Source: Candidatus Bathyarchaeota archaeon
GTDB lineage: Archaea > Thermoproteota > Bathyarchaeia > Bathyarchaeales > Bathycorpusculaceae
Direction of reading: 5' to 3'
NCBI GenBank assembly: GCA_963702095.1
Contig: OY969706.1
Location: 864,001 to 928,000, forward strand
Length of the DNA stretch: 64,000 bases
Shown here piece after piece: positions 59,801 through 64,000 of this stretch. The position numbers were made by a program, and so were the translations under genes. The notes beneath the pieces were generated by a model. That model searched no databases, had not been told where the DNA came from, and worked only from the letters and a program-made list of their open reading frames with translations. Every line of letters starts with the position of its first letter. Position 1 is the stretch's first letter.

Positions 59801-60612
59801 CAATGAATGCGCCGCACAAGTTACAACCTCAGTTTACAGCCGACTATTACGTTACATTCCAAGTTGCGTCTGGTTCTGGAACCACTGACCCTAGTGTTGG
59901 AGTACATAGCTATAATCAGGGACAAGTGGTGCCAATACATGCTATTGCATCACCCGGACAAGTTTTCGACCACTGGGATAGCTTAGGCCTTATGAATATA
60001 GCAAATAGCCACTCAGCGGATACGACAGCGACTATATGGAGTAACGGGACAATTATGGCATATTTCCATCAATCGCAATGCTCCGTGACCGTAACAAGCG
60101 ATGGCCACCTCACTACGAATCCAAGCGGAACCAGCGTCTATACATACGGAGCAGCAATTCCGATTTCTGCGACAAATACACCCGGGTACGAGTTTGATCA
60201 TTGGGTTTCCCCTGGTAATACTATAGATAATCTCTACTCAGCCTCAACCACTGCCCACTTAACTAACGATGGAACCATAACTGCCATATCGCATCCTGCG
60301 GGAGTCACCTCTTGGACCGTTCATACTTGCTATTATGTTTATGATGGGTATGTGGGGACCGCGCAGGTTGGAGAAGATTGGCAGACGGTTGATGCGGGCT
60401 GGCATGATTTCTATTATCCAAATCAGTGGGAGGATCCTTGGTTCCCGGGGTATATGTCTGACTTCTGGTATGCAATTACTGACGACGGCTTGCAATCTTG
60501 CAATTATATTCCGTTCCATGTTCAAATAACACGCGATACTACGATTAATGTCTATTATATCACCAATTTCTCGGGAATGAGGGATTTTCCGCCTACGGAA
60601 GAAACAGGTTGA
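56866..60612 (+). CDS. Large multidomain surface protein: N-domain, TM pair, caspase/gingipain-fold domain, lectin-like domain, InlB-B/Flg_new-like repeats
   Basis: 1248 aa; DFDHG..INACNSG..FMGF..VYGN; FSDDFNDG...FDDITV; LTV..GGTT..G.Y..GY.F.HW repeats. Confidence 0.75.
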   Translation: MPMKSFLITTIILIILITSVFTVTLPKTQATELNLTQKGEIFLGNVLNLDLTKYYIETKTYPLDSSSLYLGIVPQDSIGYKLTSEHNKIELVCTFIDGNLHMLFVTNNEGTAQLLETDNNSPIEVARSFLASYQNFADNALFGGLVSTLEKAQQGENFTTTLGNIALEATYAADSATFRWHYAANGAEASYSKFISLVVKNGLVTGFIDNWQLYTVGNNAVNLTEKEASEIALQATKAHVAGFEKYGLNQNNINGSNVRWARLIFDNSLNVSVPRSKDLLELFPVWRVGIALDKWYGSMYGVEVDIWADTKEIRSIEEAWGDLPLSDQQEIVNTTSIQQNIANPIATQQVGASIPTKESELNIQPILIVTGGFLFGTGLTITYLSCKRGKLPKYLLRSKPMALVTLSLIVLLLVPIGLVSANTKTAVVWGAESTGATGYQGPDGPSWRKQACEVTQQQSTAITIRNYFANYGGYTAYNHQGTVGPSTHLAILSDINSYNSVNSRAVYIDFDHGNWYDKSLTDRNHFIFEDQVGTLIGTFDDYLNHRVVSNPTGLVYDDEINARTNSSTTLFVLINACNSGALFNLLDGTRWQGTSNKIGLPYGFTHRTVENKEDPIPGISFDIKSHMSDDAYFYPDDGCQVFMGFVGGSISLSQKMPYPDGTNYYSTFIERFFYDALYYDDTSVNCALDMSSFETLGGRYYSDTLCPLRSFTAYWWMPPETHLNPLGPGHLVVYGNGRIQLKSFSDDFNDGNYNGWTVIPPGSWTVTGGKLKAQQGNSLIRTNEQFSNDRFLRAKVQTLTTGTNSWDVAWVMAKYVDNNNKVYGLIHKDGKVELSLFRNGQQYPWQSAANSTLHPTDWHTIEVNIVGNKGWVFVDGVFKISGTSDYFDDFSGYAALHTHTSATAYFDDITVVEQQPWSTYHKLTVNSSTGGTTSIAPGVYNYTAGTPVTVTAYPSTGYHFSHWHDYGVDACTQNPITVTMNAPHKLQPQFTADYYVTFQVASGSGTTDPSVGVHSYNQGQVVPIHAIASPGQVFDHWDSLGLMNIANSHSADTTATIWSNGTIMAYFHQSQCSVTVTSDGHLTTNPSGTSVYTYGAAIPISATNTPGYEFDHWVSPGNTIDNLYSASTTAHLTNDGTITAISHPAGVTSWTVHTCYYVYDGYVGTAQVGEDWQTVDAGWHDFYYPNQWEDPWFPGYMSDFWYAITDDGLQSCNYIPFHVQITRDTTINVYYITNFSGMRDFPPTEETG

Positions 60613-60653
60613 ACAACTAAATCCCTTCTTTTTGCACTAGCTCAAAAATTTTA

Positions 60654-60788
60654 GTCATCTGCTTGTGGAAATCGCTACAACCAGCCTGCAACGGCCCTTT
60701 TAGCCTGACGCCAAAAAGCAACCTGCAGCCCAATCGGCTGGTTGTTGTTGTGTATAGGGGATTTTCTGCAACAACTACTATAGAAAAA
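60654..60788 (+). repeat. Dispersed 135-nt repeat, copy 6 (subfamily B)
   Basis: TCTGCTTGTGGA..CTACAACCAGCCTGCAAC...CGGCTGGTTGTTGTTGTGTATA...CAACAACTACTATAGAAAAA. Confidence 0.8.
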
Positions 60789-60957
60789 AATTAACCGACA
60801 AAATTTTGATCTATTGTTTTTACTTAGAGGAACTCAAGACCATAGGCTATTCAGCCTGAACCAAAAAGAAGCCTCGACGCCAAGCACTTCGGCCTTTATG
60901 CTTTTCGAGTCGCAACAAATTAATGGACGCCCTCCTATAGCTTGGGAGGTGACTTTG

Positions 60958-61566
60958 ATGGAAGAGAAAACACTCGATGTCGCAGGCTGCAAATGCCAAG
61001 CTCTTATCCACGAAGCTGAGGGCACTCCCATCGTGTTCCTGCACGGCTTATCCTACACTATAGAGGTTTGGCAACGCATAGGTGTCCTCGACCTTTTGGT
61101 TGAAAAGAAGGTGCCCTTTATTGCGTTGGACATGCCGTATGGGTTGAAAAGTCAATGTGAACCCAAAAACCGTGATCCCCAAGTCAACGTTACCTTTGCG
61201 GCAGAAGCAGTTAAATCCGTCTTCGGCGAAACGTCTCCAGTGGTGGTGGGCGCCAGTTTAGGCGGGTACATAGCCCTCAACTACGCCGCCAAGCACCCTG
61301 TCCAAGGTCTTTTTCTGATATCCCCTGCATATGCGTTTGAAAACATGGATCTCGTGTGGAAATATGCAAACTTTCATTTTCCAGTTCGAATCGTCTGGGG
61401 CTCAAACGACAGCATCATCTCAAGCGAAGAATTACGCACCCTAGCCGACAAGCTGCCCAACGCAAAAATGCTCGTTTACAATGGAGCGGCGCATTCGGCG
61501 TATCAGGATCGGCCTGAGTGGTTCAAGACTGACCTGCTCAAACTGTACGCTTCCGCCACGACTTAG
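60958..61566 (+). CDS. Alpha/beta hydrolase (ABHD14-like)
   Basis: VFLHG, GASLGG nucleophile elbow, WGSND, AAH; GGAGGTGA RBS. Confidence 0.9.
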   Translation: MEEKTLDVAGCKCQALIHEAEGTPIVFLHGLSYTIEVWQRIGVLDLLVEKKVPFIALDMPYGLKSQCEPKNRDPQVNVTFAAEAVKSVFGETSPVVVGASLGGYIALNYAAKHPVQGLFLISPAYAFENMDLVWKYANFHFPVRIVWGSNDSIISSEELRTLADKLPNAKMLVYNGAAHSAYQDRPEWFKTDLLKLYASATT

Positions 61567-62153
61567 CTGGAATTTGCCGGCTTAGCCGTTACGAGGTAAT
61601 GATAGGGTCCCACTTCACCGACGGATTCCACCTTGAAACCCGCGGCAGAAAGCAGTTCTTCCACCTTCTCTATGCTAAACCGTATTTGCTCCGGCGGACC
61701 AACCTGTGCACCCTGCTGCTCCCAACCCATCTTTTTCCAGTCTAAATCCACCAGTTGCCCAGTGGGCTTAAGCATAGCTTTAGCGTTTTGAAGCACCTTG
61801 GCTTGGTCTTCGAAGTCGTGGAGGTCCATGCTGAAAAACACCATGTCTGCGCAGCCTCTGCAGAAAACCGTGTCTTCCGCCCTGCCCACGGCAGCGACTA
61901 TGTTGATTAAGCCCTCGACATCGGCTTTTTTCTGGAGCTTCTCAACCCCCGAGGCGTCTACGTCTACCGCGAAGACTTTGCCTTTTAAACCCACTTTTCT
62001 AGCAGCCAGTATGCTGAAGTAGCCGTCTCCGCAGCCCATGTCCACGAAGGTCATGCCTTCTTTGAGGTTTTCAAGGATTGCGTCTGGATTGTACCAGCTT
62101 CTGCGTTTTGTTTCGTCTAGGGCGAATCCGCCGTGGCACCTGTGTGAGCTCAT
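61563..62153 (-). CDS. Class I SAM-dependent methyltransferase
   Basis: DMGCGDG, AVD and LKPTG..DW..GPP..R motifs. Confidence 0.9.
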   Translation of the reverse strand: MSSHRCHGGFALDETKRRSWYNPDAILENLKEGMTFVDMGCGDGYFSILAARKVGLKGKVFAVDVDASGVEKLQKKADVEGLINIVAAVGRAEDTVFCRGCADMVFFSMDLHDFEDQAKVLQNAKAMLKPTGQLVDLDWKKMGWEQQGAQVGPPEQIRFSIEKVEELLSAAGFKVESVGEVGPYHYLVTAKPANSS

Positions 62154-62154
62154 T

Positions 62155-62481
62155 TTACATGCCCAGTTCTGTTGGTGGTTTTAGGAGTTCGAGGACTTGT
62201 TTTTCGTGTGTTTGGCGGGTCGTAAGGGGGTAGATTTCGCGTTCGCATTCAAAGAACATTGGGTCTTGGCCGATTATGCGGGAGAGTTTTTCGTCGGAGT
62301 CTACCTCGACGATTAGCATGGTGCCCTGTTGGCCTATGAGGTGATAGTAGGTTTCAATTGTTTTCTCTTTTTGCAGCTTCTCGAAGTATTTGAATTGCAG
62401 CGGAAGCAGTTTTGCCCAGCGGTTAAGTGGGACTTCACGTTTGACTTTTTGGATAATTAGAAACTTCAAGTTAATCCTCAT
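62155..62481 (-). CDS. Muconolactone isomerase-like (dimeric alpha+beta barrel) protein
   Basis: G..G.MLIVEVDS.EKL..I..DPMF....EIYPL pattern; start moved to ATG 62481. Confidence 0.6.
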   Translation of the reverse strand: MRINLKFLIIQKVKREVPLNRWAKLLPLQFKYFEKLQKEKTIETYYHLIGQQGTMLIVEVDSDEKLSRIIGQDPMFFECEREIYPLTTRQTHEKQVLELLKPPTELGM

Positions 62482-62664
62482 GTAGAGGAAGGATTGTTTT
62501 GGGTATAAGGCTTTCTTCTTTGAACGCCGCAAAAATGCTTGCTTGATGTGCAAACAACCAATCGTGTTACAAATGGTTCCCTGCGGGATATATACTGAAA
62601 TGGAAATAAACCTTTATAAAAACGGCACGTTTGATTGGAGAAGCAACAGTTTGGAAATGATAGA

Positions 62665-62901
62665 ATGCCCAGTGTTTCAAAGAAAGAAAAGTTAAGCGAA
62701 ACTGCTCTGCCTGTGATTAGATGTTTTTGTGGAGCGAAGATTTTGTTGCTTCCAGACGTTAAATTGATGAGTAAAGCCATCGAAGCCCATGTTGAGGAAC
62801 ATACAAAAAATATAAAGGAAACAAAAAAAGCCGAAGAAGAAGCCGAACGCGTCCGAGACGACTTAATTACCAAAGTGTTTGACAAAGCATACGAAATGTA
62901 G
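62665..62901 (+). CDS. Small putative zinc-binding protein (CxC..HxxxH)
   Basis: IRCFCGAKILL..AIEAHVEEH; TTTATAAA upstream. Confidence 0.65.
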   Translation: MPSVSKKEKLSETALPVIRCFCGAKILLLPDVKLMSKAIEAHVEEHTKNIKETKKAEEEAERVRDDLITKVFDKAYEM

Positions 62902-63060
62902 TTACTCCTTGTTTTCTTGGCTGCCGCCTCGACGCATCATTTCCGGAAGCCTAGATGAAGCCTTAGACATAGCGTCTTTAACCACATCCATCAATTCCTC
63001 GTTAACTTCTAAATCCACAGTAACTTTGAGGCGCCCTTTTTTCTCAGCTATTTCAGTCAT
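62902..63060 (-). CDS. 52-aa hypothetical protein
   Basis: Missed by the ORF track: GGAGGTG RBS, MTEIAEKKGRLKVTVDLEVNEELMDVVKDAMSKASSRLPEMMRRGGSQENKE; coupled to the upstream stop. Confidence 0.7.
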   Translation of the reverse strand: MTEIAEKKGRLKVTVDLEVNEELMDVVKDAMSKASSRLPEMMRRGGSQENKE

Positions 63061-63355
63061 GGAACCACCTCCCGTAACGGCTAAACTGCTTAGGGAAAAG
63101 GTTAGCGAACAAGTGAACCGTCTGCATGCCGGTTAGGTCTAAGTCGATTTCTATGCGGTAATGGTATTTGCCCAAGCGTTTGGTGTGGGTTTTATAGTTG
63201 CTTATTATGCCGCCGTCTCTGTAACGATGCAGTTGCTCATGCAACAGAAGTGATATGGCTGTGGGCGCCAGCGGTTCAAAGCGAAATGCTATCCGCAGCA
63301 AAACCCGCGCTGCACTTTCCATTAGGGATTCAGAAACTGTTTCTGGTTGAGTCAT
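63053..63355 (-). CDS. Hypothetical protein
   Basis: 100-aa ORF with G.I.NYK..TKRLGKYHYRIEIDLDLT; forms an operon with the 52-aa ORF. Confidence 0.65.
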   Translation of the reverse strand: MTQPETVSESLMESAARVLLRIAFRFEPLAPTAISLLLHEQLHRYRDGGIISNYKTHTKRLGKYHYRIEIDLDLTGMQTVHLFANLFPKQFSRYGRWFHD

Positions 63356-63478
63356 AAAAGTTCACGAAAAATCCTTTGCCGCTCAAGCGGACAAGTCCTT
63401 GAATAAACAGTAGCCGAGGGGAATTTTTTAAGGTTGTGTGACTGTACATATTCAACCACAAGGCGACCAAACGTGAGT

Positions 63479-63970
63479 ATGGAAGAAATCAACCTGGCAG
63501 TTTACGCTTGCAGAAAATGCCGGCTCTGGCAAGGCACCAAACACGGCGTACCAGGCGAAGGACCCCTAAACGCAAAGGTCATGTTTGTGGGGCAGAACCC
63601 CGGCGCAGAAGAAGACGAAGTGGGGCGTCCGTTTGTTGGCAGAGCAGGTAAATATCTTACTAAAACACTGGCTGAATTCGGAATAAAACGTGAAGACGTT
63701 TACATAACCAATATTGTTAAGCATACTTCGCCGCAGAATCGCAAGCCATATGATGATGAAGTCACCGCCTGCCTTCCCTACCTGGCAATGCAAATCAGCA
63801 TCATCAAACCCAAAATCATCGTGTTACTCGGTGCCTCCGCAAAAGATACGCCAAGGGTCGAGGGCATAGAATACTTTGAGGTGGTTCATCCCTCGGCGGC
63901 TATGCGCTTCACCAAGATGAGGGACAAATTTAGAGGGCAAATTAGCGAATTAGCGAAACGAATCAAATAA
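63479..63970 (+). CDS. udg: Family 4 uracil-DNA glycosylase
   Basis: CRKCRL, VPGEG, VGQNPG..ED..GRPFVGRAG, YITN.VK and HPSA motifs. Confidence 0.9.
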   Translation: MEEINLAVYACRKCRLWQGTKHGVPGEGPLNAKVMFVGQNPGAEEDEVGRPFVGRAGKYLTKTLAEFGIKREDVYITNIVKHTSPQNRKPYDDEVTACLPYLAMQISIIKPKIIVLLGASAKDTPRVEGIEYFEVVHPSAAMRFTKMRDKFRGQISELAKRIK

Positions 63971-64000
63971 CAGTAGGAGAGGCACTTTACAATTTTTGTG

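Noticed and set aside
4313-60788. The 135-nt repeats as a CRISPR array or integron attC sites
   Set aside because: They are dispersed, not tandem with spacers. Orientation relative to genes is mixed, RYYYAAC appears in only one copy with no matching GTTRRRY, and no integrase or cas genes are present.

Overview
Archaeal chromosomal segment. Gene content and style (GGAGG/GGTGA RBSs, TTTAWA TATA boxes, many TTG/GTG starts, DUF2206/DUF1616, many secreted Pro/Thr-linker proteins) suggest Bathyarchaeia or a related TACK lineage; this is inference, as no rRNA is present. Positions ~1-39,000 form a mostly minus-strand surface-glycan island: flippase, about a dozen GT2/GT4/GT-C transferases, two DegT aminotransferases, FdtA-like isomerase, WbqC, PIG-L deacetylase, acetyltransferases, DUF1919, DUF2206, DUF1616 and a wHTH regulator. 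Two plus-strand secreted proteins interrupt it and share leader, linker and an unusual aromatic tail. The right part carries a CBS+HPF-like protein, a radical SAM-dinB operon, metG, an atypical CysRS paralogue, bcp, UDG and large surface proteins. The most striking non-coding signal is a dispersed 134-135 nt structured extragenic repeat: six copies, both orientations, two subfamilies with compensatory stem changes. Four genes carry small frameshifts that may be assembly errors. No tRNA, rRNA, CRISPR array, integrase or transposase was recognised.
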